This document shows, in pieces, positions 1-11,900 of a stretch of DNA of 53,821 bases. The notes under the pieces are model-generated. The model saw only the letters and a program-made list of their open reading frames with translations. It made no database searches and was not told where the DNA came from. Source of the stretch: Candidatus Eiseniibacteriota bacterium. GTDB lineage: Bacteria; Eisenbacteria; RBG-16-71-46; CAIMUX01; VGJL01. The DNA is taken from assembly GCA_041946735.1 (NCBI GenBank), contig JBHGAY010000032.1:1-53821 (forward strand), read 5' to 3'. The stretch's first letter is position 1, and every line of letters starts with the position of its first letter. A program made the translations under genes and the position numbers.

Positions 1-38
1 CGATTCTCACCGTGGACGGCGGGCGCTCCCTGCGATGA
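1..38 (+). CDS. 3' end of a short-chain dehydrogenase/reductase (possibly pteridine reductase-like), partial
   Basis: Frame from nt 3 reads ILTVDGGRSLR-stop (TGA 36-38); xxxVDGG is the typical SDR C-terminus. Only 11 codons visible. Confidence 0.5.
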   Translation, partial: ILTVDGGRSLR

Positions 39-45
39 CGAGGGG

Positions 46-2013
46 TTAGCTGGCGAGCTTCCGGCCTGCCTCGTGCACGCGCCGTTGCCAGTCCCCGCGT
101 TGGATCGAATCGAGCGGGATCAGCGAGGGCTGACCCATCGAGCCGCGGAGGCCGAAGTCGAGCGAGGAGCCTTCTCCTCCGAGCAGTCGCAGCAGCGAGG
201 CGACTCGGCGATCGTCCTTCGAGGAGAGCGACAGCAGGCCGAGAAGAGAGTCCGGGGCGAAGTACAGGACCGTTCCGCTCAAGCGCAGGGTCCGGCCCTC
301 CATCGAGAGGCTGTCCGCGCGCAAGCTGCCCGCCGCGTAGGTCCAGCTCGTTTGCACATGATCGAAGCGAAGCTCGCGGTCGGAACGTCCCGAGACCGAC
401 GCGATTTCGGCGAGCAGGGGCAGCTCCCGCACCCCGCCTTCCTCGAGCGCGGCCGTGCCGCTCGCGCGCCATCCCTCCGGCCCTCGCTCGACGGCGGCGA
501 CCGCCTCGAGCCGGCCCGACCAGGTGCCGGGGAGAGAGAAGGGCAGCCAGGGAACGAGCAGCGGCATCGGGATCGCGTGGCCGCGTAGCATGGCCGGCTC
601 GGCCTCGGTGCCGCGCCCCCCTTCGAAGCGGATCCATCCCGGGCCGATCTGCACGTTCGCCCGCACCTTGCCGCCCAGCAGAGCGCCGATCCCCTCGACC
701 GGCCCGTTCCCGCCGAGGAGGATCTCCGACGGGCCGGCGATCGCCTCGCCTCTGCGGATCGAGGGGAAGCGCACGACCCAGCCGGAGCCGTTGCGCTCGA
801 TCGTCCCGTTTGCCTCCACGGCGGTTCCGTCCCACTCCCCTTCGATCTCGCATGCCCCCGCGCCGCCGGCGATCGCCAATGGGGCGTCGAGATCGACCGT
901 GAGCGAAAGCGATCGCCCGAGCACGAGCAGATCCTGCGCCGAGGCGACCGAGTCGTCGAGGCAGAGAAGGCCGTGAAGGGTCAGGGGCGGATCGGAGCCA
1001 TGGCGGACCTCGAGCCCGCCGAGGTTGGCCTCGACCTGGGCGGGGCGGCCCGAAGCTCCGGAGGCGGTGACGTCGATCGGACCGTGGAACGCCCAGGCGC
1101 CGCCGGTCGAAGCGGCGCCGGCCGGAGGGTCGGCCGGAGGGTCGGTCGGAGGATCGGCCAGGAGCGAGGTGAGGAGCGTCCCGTCGTCGCGGGCGGTCAG
1201 ATCCCAGGACCACCGTTTGTCGCCGACGACTTGGTCGCCGGTGGCCTGGTCGCCCGTGGCTTGGTCGCCGGTGGCATGGTCGCCCGTGGCTTCGGCGTCC
1301 GAGGCTGCAGCATCCGAGGCGGTCGCAACGCCGGTGCGGGCGAGTCCGATCTGGAGCGAGCGATCGGGACCGAGGACCGTCTCGAGCGTCAGGTTCGCCT
1401 CTCCGCGATACCCGCTTCCCATCCCACGGATCGACCAGCCGCGTCCCTCGGGGGTCGACCCTCGCGCGCGCAGGCTCCACGAACCCCGGCGCGGCGATGC
1501 CGCCCATCCTTCCAGGCTCCCGATTTCGAGCGGACCCGGGGCGATGCGGAAGCCGTCGATCGAGAAGCGGATCGCGCGCGGCGGTGGATCTTCCAGGCCG
1601 GGCGGCTCCTGGCTCGGCAACGAGGCGAGAAACGGAGAGATCCATCGGGACCGGGGAGGGCTGGTCTCCCACTCGAGTTGGGAGACGGAGATCGCTCGGA
1701 GACGGAGCGAGCGGCCGAACAGGCGGGAAGGCTCGATCTCGAGCACGAGGTGGTCGCAGCGGAGCGTCGCTCCACCCGAGTCGGTCCAGGTGACGTCGTC
1801 CCATCGAAGGCGCGGGGGCCAGATCCCGACGAGGCGGGGGCCGTCCCCGCGAGGCGCGCTCCCCGGTAACCCGGCATCCTGCCAGCCTGCGAGGACCCGC
1901 GCGGCCCGGTCGAGGACGAGGTGGCGAGTGAAGGCAGCGCCGCCCGCTACGGCGGCGAGGAGGGCGAGGGCGAGGACCAGACCTCGCACGAGCCTCGTCC
2001 TATCGGAGAGCAT
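46..2013 (-). CDS. AsmA-like envelope protein (N-terminal membrane anchor, beta-rich body, AsmA-like C-terminus)
   Basis: 655-aa ORF with N-terminal hydrophobic helix, Gly/beta-strand-rich body and AsmA-like C-terminal pattern (FDHVQTSW...LSGTV...LRGSMGQP). Overlaps the upstream gene by 14 nt. Confidence 0.55.
   Translation of the reverse strand: MLSDRTRLVRGLVLALALLAAVAGGAAFTRHLVLDRAARVLAGWQDAGLPGSAPRGDGPRLVGIWPPRLRWDDVTWTDSGGATLRCDHLVLEIEPSRLFGRSLRLRAISVSQLEWETSPPRSRWISPFLASLPSQEPPGLEDPPPRAIRFSIDGFRIAPGPLEIGSLEGWAASPRRGSWSLRARGSTPEGRGWSIRGMGSGYRGEANLTLETVLGPDRSLQIGLARTGVATASDAAASDAEATGDHATGDQATGDQATGDQVVGDKRWSWDLTARDDGTLLTSLLADPPTDPPADPPAGAASTGGAWAFHGPIDVTASGASGRPAQVEANLGGLEVRHGSDPPLTLHGLLCLDDSVASAQDLLVLGRSLSLTVDLDAPLAIAGGAGACEIEGEWDGTAVEANGTIERNGSGWVVRFPSIRRGEAIAGPSEILLGGNGPVEGIGALLGGKVRANVQIGPGWIRFEGGRGTEAEPAMLRGHAIPMPLLVPWLPFSLPGTWSGRLEAVAAVERGPEGWRASGTAALEEGGVRELPLLAEIASVSGRSDRELRFDHVQTSWTYAAGSLRADSLSMEGRTLRLSGTVLYFAPDSLLGLLSLSSKDDRRVASLLRLLGGEGSSLDFGLRGSMGQPSLIPLDSIQRGDWQRRVHEAGRKLAS
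1121..1156. repeat. 12-nt tandem repeat x3 (encodes DPPT/DPPA)
   Basis: gccggagggtcg, gccggagggtcg, gtcggaggatcg. Confidence 0.85.
1231..1290. repeat. 15-nt tandem repeat x4 (encodes ATGD[H/Q])
   Basis: ttggtcgccggtggc, ctggtcgcccgtggc, ttggtcgccggtggc, atggtcgcccgtggc. Confidence 0.9.
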
Positions 2014-2281
2014 CGAGGCTCCGCGCGAGATCGAGATCCTTCGCGGTCACGCCGCCCGCCGAGTGGGTCCAGAGGCGCAGGCGGACGCGCGTATAGCGGA
2101 CGTCGATGTCCGGGTGATGATTCGAGCGCTCCGCGACGGCCGCCACATCGAGGACGAAGCGAATGGCGCCGGCGAAATTGGGGAACTCCCACTCCCCCAC
2201 GAGCGCTTCGCCGTCGAAGCGGAAACGGGGCAAGGAGGCGAGCGCCTCGCCGACCTGCTCTGGAGTCCACTTCTCGCTCAT
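2000..2281 (-). CDS. phhB: Pterin-4-alpha-carbinolamine dehydratase
   Basis: 93 aa from ATG 2281 (MSEKW...), with signature AERSNHHPDI...LWTHSAGGVTAKD. Confidence 0.9.
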   Translation of the reverse strand: MSEKWTPEQVGEALASLPRFRFDGEALVGEWEFPNFAGAIRFVLDVAAVAERSNHHPDIDVRYTRVRLRLWTHSAGGVTAKDLDLARSLDALR

Positions 2282-2351
2282 CCGTCTCCCATCCTTCGCG
2301 GCCCGGGTCGTGTCGCCCCGCACGTCAGCCTCCAACCGCGGAGCGGGCGAG

Positions 2352-2711
2352 TCAGGTCCCGGTTTCTCCTTCTCCTTCGGGACGGGGGGAGGGCTTTTCC
2401 GTACGCGAGGCGTGAAGCCAATAGGCGGGCGTCTCGCCCCGAGCCTGGATGGAGAACGGGACACCGGGAGGCACGTGCGCCCGGCCGCCCGGGCCCAGCA
2501 CTCGTGTCTCCCCGTCCCTCTCGAGGACGAGGAAGCCCCAGAGCACGAGGATCTCCACCTCCTCCTCGTAGCGCTGCCCGGCGAGCGTTGCGCCGGGATG
2601 GGTGACCACGCGCTCGACCGAATAGCCGAGAGCGCGGAGATCCTTCTCCGCGCTCTCCAGTGCCGACCTCAGATCCCTGAGACGCTCGCCGTCGCCGTCC
2701 TTCGAACTCAA
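2352..2711 (-). CDS. Small cupin-fold protein
   Basis: TTG start at 2711 overlaps the upstream TGA (TTGA). Cupin-like spacing PG...E...VLWG...LGPGG...VPPGVPFS; metal-binding His residues absent. Confidence 0.6.
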   Translation of the reverse strand: MSSKDGDGERLRDLRSALESAEKDLRALGYSVERVVTHPGATLAGQRYEEEVEILVLWGFLVLERDGETRVLGPGGRAHVPPGVPFSIQARGETPAYWLHASRTEKPSPRPEGEGETGT

Positions 2712-3847
2712 CGTTCCGCCGTCGACAGCGCGCGCGACAGCCAGGCGGGCTGCTCCCAGCAGCCGATGATGGTCACGGGCGTCCCGGTGGCGAGCTTCGG
2801 GAAGATCGCGTCGATGTCCCGGTTGCGGAGGCTGATGCAACCGAACGTCCAGTCCTCGCCCTTCCCGCCCTCGCCGTGGATCTCGATGAGCCCGCCGATC
2901 CTCGCGCCACGGTGCAGCTGGTTGCGCATCCGCTGGAAGCGCACTCGATCTTCCTGATTCGGGTAGTCGATCAGAAGCGCCTTGTGGTACCGGGAGGCGG
3001 TCTTCTTCGCCGAGATGCGATAGCGGCCCTCGGGGGTGGCGCGGTCCCCTTCACGAATCTTCCGGTCGAGCCAGCCCGGGCCGAACTCCGCGGGATACGT
3101 CTCGACCGAGCGTCCCCCGCGAACGAGGTGGGCCTCGTGGTTGAGCTTGTCGATGACGATCGCGCTGCCGCCGGTCGAGCGCGACCAGGCGAGCGTCTCC
3201 CGCAGATCCTCGTTCCACTCCGGCTGCCTCTGGAGGAAGGCGAGGAGCAGGGAACGAACGTCACGGAGCGCGAGAGTGACCTCGCCGCGCGCAATCTGCA
3301 TCTCCTCGAGGGCCTGCCGGCTCTCCTTCGCCGAGAGCTTCCTCTCCGCTCCCGTCATCCGGCTCTCGGCCGAGACGACGTGGCGGAGCGCGCGTTGATA
3401 GCGCGGCGGGAGCCGGAGAAGAAGCTGCCGCACCTCCTGCGCCTCCTCGCGGATCTGGCCGATCGACTGCTCGAGCGTGGCGAGGCGATCGGTCGACGTT
3501 CGCCTCCCCTCCTCGATCGCCTGCGATGTGAGCTGCCGCGTCTCGAGCAGCAGTCGCCTGGTCTCGCCGTAGCTGCGCAGGAAGGCGGGACGCCCGTACT
3601 GGCGGAGCATTGCGGAGCGGGTGAGCTGCAGCTTCTGCTTCGCCTGCTCGTAGGTCTGCGGGGCGTCGAGATCCGCCTCGCTCTCGTCCGCGAGATTCAG
3701 GTATTGCTGGGCCGCCAGGAGCTGGGCGGTCGGCTCCGGATCCCGCTGGACTGTGAAAAGGACGGCAAGGAGGACGGCGGTGGTCAGGCCGAGGACCCCG
3801 TAGAGCTTCGCGTGGGATCCTCTCGTACGGCGTCGGCTTCGAAACAT
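2708..3847 (-). CDS. L,D-transpeptidase (YkuD family) with membrane anchor and long helical/coiled-coil N-terminus
   Basis: IVIDK...K.REGDRATPEGRY...YPN...IEIHG...WTFGCISL (catalytic His/Cys); N-terminal TM helix. Confidence 0.9.
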   Translation of the reverse strand: MFRSRRRTRGSHAKLYGVLGLTTAVLLAVLFTVQRDPEPTAQLLAAQQYLNLADESEADLDAPQTYEQAKQKLQLTRSAMLRQYGRPAFLRSYGETRRLLLETRQLTSQAIEEGRRTSTDRLATLEQSIGQIREEAQEVRQLLLRLPPRYQRALRHVVSAESRMTGAERKLSAKESRQALEEMQIARGEVTLALRDVRSLLLAFLQRQPEWNEDLRETLAWSRSTGGSAIVIDKLNHEAHLVRGGRSVETYPAEFGPGWLDRKIREGDRATPEGRYRISAKKTASRYHKALLIDYPNQEDRVRFQRMRNQLHRGARIGGLIEIHGEGGKGEDWTFGCISLRNRDIDAIFPKLATGTPVTIIGCWEQPAWLSRALSTAER

Positions 3848-4148
3848 CGTGTCGGTCGATTCTCCTCTGGCACCATGCCAAAGCGAAGGTAAGGATGGAA
3901 ATCCGCTACGTCAAGGGGTCGACCACCTTACCGGCTCGCCGGCCCATTCCTGGCCCCATGCTCCTCGTGGATTATCGTCCCTCTGCCTCGGGCGCCCCAG
4001 CCTTTGGCGTCTGGCGACCCCAGGGCCCGGTCCGGGCCCCGCGCTGCTTCCTTCGATTCCATCATCAACCGAGGCCGCGAACCAGCCGATAACACGCGCG
4101 TAGCGATGGAGATCCCGCGCGAACGCGAGAACCAGGGGGGCTGTCGAG

Positions 4149-5711
4149 GTGACGCACGGCGAAGGCCGAGCGACGATCCGAACCAAGCTTCTTCTCGCCA
4201 CCTCCGGGCTCGCCGTCGCGGCCTGCCTGCTGACCGGCCTTCTCACGAGCGTCGCCCTGCGCGGGATCGCCCTACGCCAGGCCAAGGACGGCCTCCGAGC
4301 GCTCGCGGATCTCACCGACACGCACCTCTCGGCGAGCCTGGACTCGGGGAGCGAAGTCTCGGTCCGCGAGACGCTGTCGGGCTTGTTCGGAGTGCGGGAT
4401 GTTCAATTCGCCCGGATCCTCACAGTGCAGGGAGAGACGTTCGTCCAGCTCGGAGACCCGCCGGCGATCGAGCTTCCCAAGGTGGACGGCAGGATGCGCG
4501 GGACGCAGATCGTCGAAGCGGAGCCGGTCCTGATCTCCGTCACTCCCCTGCGCAACGCGCAGGACGAGTGGATCGGCACTCTCTACCTCGGCTACTCGCT
4601 CCAGCAGACGACCCGGCTATTGCGCGCCAACGTCTCGTGGCTGCTGGCGGGGATGCTGGCGATCGTGATCGTGAGCAGCCTCGTGGGTCTCGATCTCGCG
4701 CGACGGCTGACGATCCCGTTGCGCCTGCTGACCGAGGCGAGCCGAAAGCGCGCCCTCGGGCGGTTCGACGAGCCGATCGACATCGGCTCCAACGACGAGG
4801 TGGGAGAGCTCGCGCGAAGCTTCGAGACGATGTGCTCCTACCTCGCCGCGTCGCGTGAGGAGGTCGAGCGGACGAACCAGAGACTCGAGGCGAAGGTGCG
4901 CGAGAGGACCGAGGAGCTGCGACAGAAAAACCTCGCGCTGGAGATGCAGAACGAACGGGTGATCGAGGCGAGCCGGCTGAAGAGCGAGTTCCTCGCAAGC
5001 GTCTCGCACGAGTTGCGCACGCCGTTGAACGCGATCCTCGCCCTGTCGGAGCTGCTCGAAGATGGGATGTGCGGCGAACTGTCGCTCGAGCAGAAGACCC
5101 ATATCGCGATGATCCATCGAAGCGGCGGAGGGTTGCTGCGGCTCATCAACGACATTCTCGATCTCTCGAAGATCGAGGCGGGGAAGCTGGAGTTCCGCTT
5201 CGCCGCCTGTGACATCGGTGCGAACCTTGCGCGGCGGGCGCGGGAGATGGCGCCGCTCGCCGCCGAGCGCGGAATCGAGCTACGGCTCGCGATCGCCCCG
5301 GGTCCGCGCGTCCTGGTCGATTCCGGCAGGATCTGCCAGATCCTGCTGAACCTCCTCGGCAATGCGATCAAGTTCACGGAGATGGGATACGTCGAGGTGT
5401 CCTCGCGCGTCGATCGGCAAGCGCATCAGCTTCGTGTGGCCGTTCGGGACACCGGCATCGGAATCCCGCCGGAGCATCTCGAGGCGATCTTCCAGCAGTT
5501 CCGGCAGGTGGACGGCTCCCCTTCCCGGAGGTTCGGGGGAACCGGCCTGGGACTGACGATCTCGAGGCGGCTGGCCGAAAAGATGGGGGGAACGATCGAA
5601 GTCGAAAGCGGGGTCGGGCGCGGATCGACCTTCACGCTGACGCTCCCCGCCGTACCGGCGGACGACGACGAGGACGACGAATCGGGCGAAGCGCCCTCGA
5701 TGGCAGCATGA
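4149..5711 (+). CDS. Membrane sensor histidine kinase (2 TM, HAMP, HisKA, HATPase)
   Basis: H-box SHELRTPLN, N-box NLLGNAIKFT, G1 DTGIGI, G2 GGTGLGL; HAMP signature DEVGELARSF. Confidence 0.95.
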   Translation: MTHGEGRATIRTKLLLATSGLAVAACLLTGLLTSVALRGIALRQAKDGLRALADLTDTHLSASLDSGSEVSVRETLSGLFGVRDVQFARILTVQGETFVQLGDPPAIELPKVDGRMRGTQIVEAEPVLISVTPLRNAQDEWIGTLYLGYSLQQTTRLLRANVSWLLAGMLAIVIVSSLVGLDLARRLTIPLRLLTEASRKRALGRFDEPIDIGSNDEVGELARSFETMCSYLAASREEVERTNQRLEAKVRERTEELRQKNLALEMQNERVIEASRLKSEFLASVSHELRTPLNAILALSELLEDGMCGELSLEQKTHIAMIHRSGGGLLRLINDILDLSKIEAGKLEFRFAACDIGANLARRAREMAPLAAERGIELRLAIAPGPRVLVDSGRICQILLNLLGNAIKFTEMGYVEVSSRVDRQAHQLRVAVRDTGIGIPPEHLEAIFQQFRQVDGSPSRRFGGTGLGLTISRRLAEKMGGTIEVESGVGRGSTFTLTLPAVPADDDEDDESGEAPSMAA

Positions 5712-5765
5712 GCCGGCGTGACCGCCGAGGGCGGCGCGAACCGGCGCAACGAGAGAGGTGACCAG

Positions 5766-6209
5766 ATGGAACTCGATCCCTCGGCCGTGCGCATCCTGTT
5801 GGCGGAGGACGACCCGACGAACCAGTACGTGTTCACGGCGATCCTGCACACCGCCGGCTTCGAGCCGATCCTCGCGGAGAACGGGCTGCAAGCGCTCGAG
5901 CGGGCGCGCGCGCAGCGCCCGCATCTCTTCCTGCTCGACATGATGATGCCGGTCATGGACGGCTACGAGACCGCCTGGCGGATCGTGCAGGACCCGGAGT
6001 TCGACGGTGTGCCGATCCTCGCCCTGACCGCGCGCGCGATGCAGGGGGACGAGGAGAGGACGCTGCAAGCCGGGTGCGACGACTACCTCTCGAAGCCGGT
6101 CCGGCGCCAGGAATTCCTGGCGAAGGTCCACGCCTGGCTGCGTCGCGATCCGTCGGAATGGATGCCCCGGCGGCTCGCCATGCGCGTCCCGCAGCGAGAC
6201 AGCGCCTGA
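5766..6209 (+). CDS. Single-domain response regulator (DivK/CheY-like)
   Basis: ILLAEDD...LLDMMMPVMDG...LTA...YLSKP; ATG 5766 preceded by GAGGTG. Confidence 0.9.
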   Translation: MELDPSAVRILLAEDDPTNQYVFTAILHTAGFEPILAENGLQALERARAQRPHLFLLDMMMPVMDGYETAWRIVQDPEFDGVPILALTARAMQGDEERTLQAGCDDYLSKPVRRQEFLAKVHAWLRRDPSEWMPRRLAMRVPQRDSA

Positions 6210-6341
6210 CAGAGACGGTGGCGGGGGGCGGCGCGCGAGTCGCCGCCCCCGACCTTCCCCCGGCTCCCCCTCCTCGCTTTGCCTCGCTTTGCCTCTTGAT
6301 TTCTGATACTTGGCTCTCCAGAATATCCGTCATCCTTATAA

Positions 6342-7730
<1,389 letters not shown>

Positions 7731-7754
7731 GCGAGACGCCGAGCGCGTGAGGAG

Positions 7755-7794
7755 GGACCGGAGCGGGCGGAAGCCGCTCCGGTCCTGTTTTTTT
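7755..7794 (+). terminator. Rho-independent terminator after gdhA
   Basis: 12-bp stem ggaccggagcgg/ccgctccggtcc, 7-nt loop, followed by tgttttttt. Confidence 0.9.
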
Positions 7795-7805
7795 CCGTCG
7801 GACTA

Positions 7806-7865
7806 CGCCGCCCGTTTCGCCGCTGCCAGCTTCCCCCCTGCCGGTTTCCCCGCTGCCGGTTTCTC
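7806..7865. repeat. Degenerate intergenic 15-nt tandem repeat x4
   Basis: cgccgcccgtttcgc, cgctgccagcttccc, ccctgccggtttccc, cgctgccggtttctc. Confidence 0.7.
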
Positions 7866-7959
7866 TCCTTTTCGCCGTTCCCGCCCGGACGGTACAATTG
7901 CCTTGCTGGAAACCAGGGGGCCCCGACTCCCCCGATCCGTTTTCTCACGGAGGTGTGCG

Positions 7960-8835
7960 ATGAGACCGCAGTCGCTCCTTCCTTATGTTCTATTGTTGCT
8001 CTTGCTCCTCGTCTCCAGCGTCCCTGCCTTCGCCGAAGGTCCCTTCTTCCTGGACTTCGACGACGATGAGGATCCCTACACACTCCGGACCGAGGTGCCG
8101 GCCTACGTGACCGAGGCGGAGTTCCGTTTCGTCCTGGAGGTGCCGGCGGAACCGATCTGGGGATGCCTCGTCTGGGGAAGCGTCACGCAAGGCTGCTGCA
8201 ACTTCCCGGAGTACGACGCCAACTATGGCGTTCGGATCGACTATGAGTCCCTCGAGTTCGACCCGACCGTCGTCGCCTCGCACGACGTCGCGATCCCGAC
8301 CTGCACTTACTGCTGCAGCGACATCCTGACGATGCAGCTCGTCGAGAACGGCCCGTACCCGCCCGGGACGCGGATCTTCTTCGGCAGCGGCATCGCGCAT
8401 GCGATTTGTCCGGTCGACCCGCCGTGCGACGTTCCCCATGACTTCCGGATCGTCTTCGGGGCGCCGGAATGCCCGGACGTCGAACCCAGCGACCGGCTCA
8501 TGGTGATGGACTGCCTCGACCCGGCCGCGGTCGGTGAAGATCTCGCGACCTCCGGTTCCGCGTTCCGGCTCGGTGGGATCTTCCCGAATCCGGTCCGCGA
8601 TCGGACGGAGATCGTCGTAGAGGCGCTCCGGAGCGGGGTGACGTCGCTCGGTCTCTATGCGCCGGACGGGCGCCGCGTGGCGACGATCCAGGAAGGGGCC
8701 GTCGAGCCCGGCTCGCGCCGGATCCTCTGGAGAGCAGTCGACGGCGCGGGCCGCCCCCTTCCCTCCGGCGTCTACTTCCTGAGGCTCGTGGCACCCGGCG
8801 TGGACAGCGCCCGGCTGCTGATCGTCTCGAGGTAG
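7960..8835 (+). CDS. Secreted Cys-rich protein with C-terminal FlgD-Ig/T9SS-like domain
   Basis: GGAGG then ATG 7960; signal peptide ending PAFA; C-terminus FPNPVR...LYAPDGRRV...W...GRPLPSGVYFLRL. Confidence 0.8.
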   Translation: MRPQSLLPYVLLLLLLLVSSVPAFAEGPFFLDFDDDEDPYTLRTEVPAYVTEAEFRFVLEVPAEPIWGCLVWGSVTQGCCNFPEYDANYGVRIDYESLEFDPTVVASHDVAIPTCTYCCSDILTMQLVENGPYPPGTRIFFGSGIAHAICPVDPPCDVPHDFRIVFGAPECPDVEPSDRLMVMDCLDPAAVGEDLATSGSAFRLGGIFPNPVRDRTEIVVEALRSGVTSLGLYAPDGRRVATIQEGAVEPGSRRILWRAVDGAGRPLPSGVYFLRLVAPGVDSARLLIVSR

Positions 8836-8935
8836 GGCCGGCCGGGCTCTGGCGCATCGCTGCTTGGCCGCCCCACGGCGGCCCTGCGAGGGGAGGCCGG
8901 GTCTTCGCTCGTCTCCCCTCGTTGCTGCCCGCTCC

Positions 8936-11900
8936 TCAGGACTCGAGCTCCGACTTCAGGATCACCCCCCGGCGGGATCGTCCGTCGATCCAGAGATCGA
9001 GGGGCTGCGGCAGCCGCACGTGGCGTACGCAGCCGGCCTCCCGGCGCCAAGGCAGCGAGGCAAGCCAGTGCAGGTCGAGGAAGTCGGCCGGCTCGCGCGA
9101 GGCGACGTTCAGGTAGGCGATTCCGAACGAGGTCATGTTCTGGAAGAAGTGCGTCCCCTCGGACGGGGCGACCGGGACGTCGAGCAGATCGGTCTCGAGG
9201 ATCGCGCGGACGCCGGAGATCTGATGCCACGCCACCGGGATTCCCAGCCATGGATCCGACGTCCCCCACCGTCCGGGACCGATCAAGAGATACTCCCTCC
9301 CCTCGGCCCGAAGCGCCTCGTCGAGCGAGCCGACGTCGGAGGCGATCGCCGGCGTGCGGCTGCGGTCGAACCGGTCGGGGTGGACGAAGACGACGTCGGA
9401 AATCCCTCGGATCCTCCCCTGCCCGATCGCGCGCGTGCTCACGCAGAGCCTGCGACCCGGCGGCGTTCGGTCGAGGATCTCGTCGAGATCGGTCGATCCT
9501 GCCTCGATCGAGACCGGCCGGATCTGCAGAACGCCGAACTCCGCCGTCGCGGCCGGCTCGGCGGGCAGCTCCGCCGCGAACTCGATCTCGATCGGCCCGC
9601 TCATTGCGCGCGCGCCCATCTGCAACAGGCGCTCGAGGATCGGCGCGAGCGGGAAGGTCTCGCGCTTCAAGATCGAGGCGAAGGTGACGATGCGGATTCC
9701 CTGCCGCGAGATCCCGTCGTGGATCGTGTCGTCGTCGGGAGAGTAGACCGAGCCGACATGCCGGAGCGCGCCGTCCTCCTCCGCCGCCTCGAGGTCGAGC
9801 CTCTCGAGCCACTCCTCCCCGGTCCGGACGTGCGCCGGGCCGCCAGAGCCGCACCGCAGCGCGTAAAACGTCCGTTGGGCGTTCTCGAGCGTCTCCTCCG
9901 CGCTGCCGAACTGCGGCAGGCAGCGCGGACTCCCGGGCGAGAAACGGATCGACCGCTCCCCGTCCACGACCGTCTTGCCGAAGCCAAGAGCCACGAGCGC
10001 GACGCCATCCTCCGCGCGGCCGCCAAGGACGGGATAGGAGTTCGTCGAACGGGCCACGCCGGCGAGGGACGGATAGAAGCGCGGGCCGCCGCGCCGCCGC
10101 CGTCCGATCAGCCGCTGCAGGACGACCCCCATCTTCTCCTCCTCCATCCGGTGCTGCGTCTGGCGGATATACGACTTCGCCTCGCGCGAGTAGGTGGAGG
10201 CATAGACCGCTCGGATCGCGCGCATCAGATTCGCCAGCCGCTCTTCTTCGCTCGCCTCGTCGTTGGGAAGCATGATGGTGCGGTAGATCCCGGCGAACGG
10301 CTGGTCCGGGGAGTCCTCGAGCAGGCTCGAGGAGCGGACGGCGATCGGGCAGCGGAAGCGGCGCAGGAAGGCGCGGAGGTCCTCCTCGATCGGAACGCGG
10401 AACTTCCCGCTCTCGAACGCGCTCGCGATCGCCTCGTCGTCCTCCTCGTCGAGGGCGAGGGCGCGCAGGCCGTTGTCGAGCAGGAAGTCGTCGAACACGT
10501 CCGTGCCGATCGCGACGGCCGCCGGCACCTGGATCCGGACGCCAGGGAACTGCCGTGGGAGGTCGGATCGCGCGAGGAGCGCGTCGAGGAATCCGAGACC
10601 GCGCCCCTTGCCGCCGAGCGAGCCGGAGCCGATCCGGGCGAATCCGGTCGCTTCCTCTCCGTCGCTTCGCGAGAAGTCGGAGATCACGCCGCGGCGCGCG
10701 TCGGTCCGCAGCCGCTCGAACGCGTCGATCAGGTAGCGGCGAAGATCGGCGATCGACTCGAACTGCGACACCTTGACCGGCCGAATGCGCGCGGCGAGGT
10801 CGAACTCGGTGCGGGCCATGCACCAGTTCGAGAAGTGGTTGCGCGAAGCGTGATAGCGGAGCGCCTCCTCCGGCACGCCGCGTAGCACGCGCCCCATCTC
10901 CTGCAGATCGCGCGCGCGCGCGACCTCGGTCCCGTCGGGAAGCTGGAAGACGAAGTCGCCGAAGCCCAGGCTGCGCCGCATGAAGCTCCGCAGCTCCTCG
11001 AGCAGGTAGGGGGATTCCTTGTCGAGGAAGTCGGCGTCGAGCGCGCGGGCGAGAGGCGCGTTCGCGATCTCCGAGGACTGCATCAGCACCGGCATATCCG
11101 GCTCGGCCTGCTTCACGCGCCGCAGGAACTCGAGCCCCGCGTCCGGATCCTCCTTGCCATCCTTGCAGAAGCCGCAGTCGAGGAGGATCCCCAGGAGGGT
11201 GTCGCGGTAGCGCTCGAAGAGCGCCCAGCCCTCCTCGAACGTCTCGGCGAGCAGGATCTTCGGGCGCGCCTTCATGCGGCGGAGGCGCTGGCGCGCGTTG
11301 ACCCCGTCGGCCATCAGCCGCTGGTTCTGCTTCACCAGCTCGGTGTAGAGCAGTGGCAGGTACGACGAGACGAAGCGGACGGAGTTCTCGACGAGCAGGA
11401 TGGCGCGGACGCCGGCGAGCTCCGTGTCCCGTTCGACGTTCCGCTGATCCTCGAAGTGCTTGACGATCGCGAGAAGGATCCGGACGTCGCCGTGCCAGAT
11501 GAAGACCTGGTCGACCGGCGGCGGGTCCTCGCCGCGGGCGCGCGTGGAAGCGATCATCTCCTTCACGCGGGCCGCCTCGGTCGGGTTGTAGGCGAGCAGG
11601 ACGACGGCGAGATCGGGGCGGGTCCGCTTCACGGCGCGGCCGAAGGCGCGCAGATCCATCCCGCCCAGGCGGGCGGTCGTGATCACGAGGTCGAAGGGGA
11701 TCCGCTCCAACGCTTCCAGCGCCTCGCCGCCCGTCGAGACCTGCGTGATCCGCGGCGCGGCGCTCAGGCGCAGCTCGTGATACTCCGCGTCCAGGCTCTC
11801 GCTGAGCATGCCGTCCTGCTCGAGCGTGTAGGAGTCGTAGGGGCTCGAGACGAGCAGGATCTCGCGGATGTGGTGGCGCATGAGGTCCCGGAAGCGCTCG

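Noticed and set aside
3870..3885. TTGGCATG upstream of the L,D-transpeptidase as a sigma54 promoter
   Set aside because: No -12 element at the required spacing (reads CAGA) and no enhancer-like site seen.
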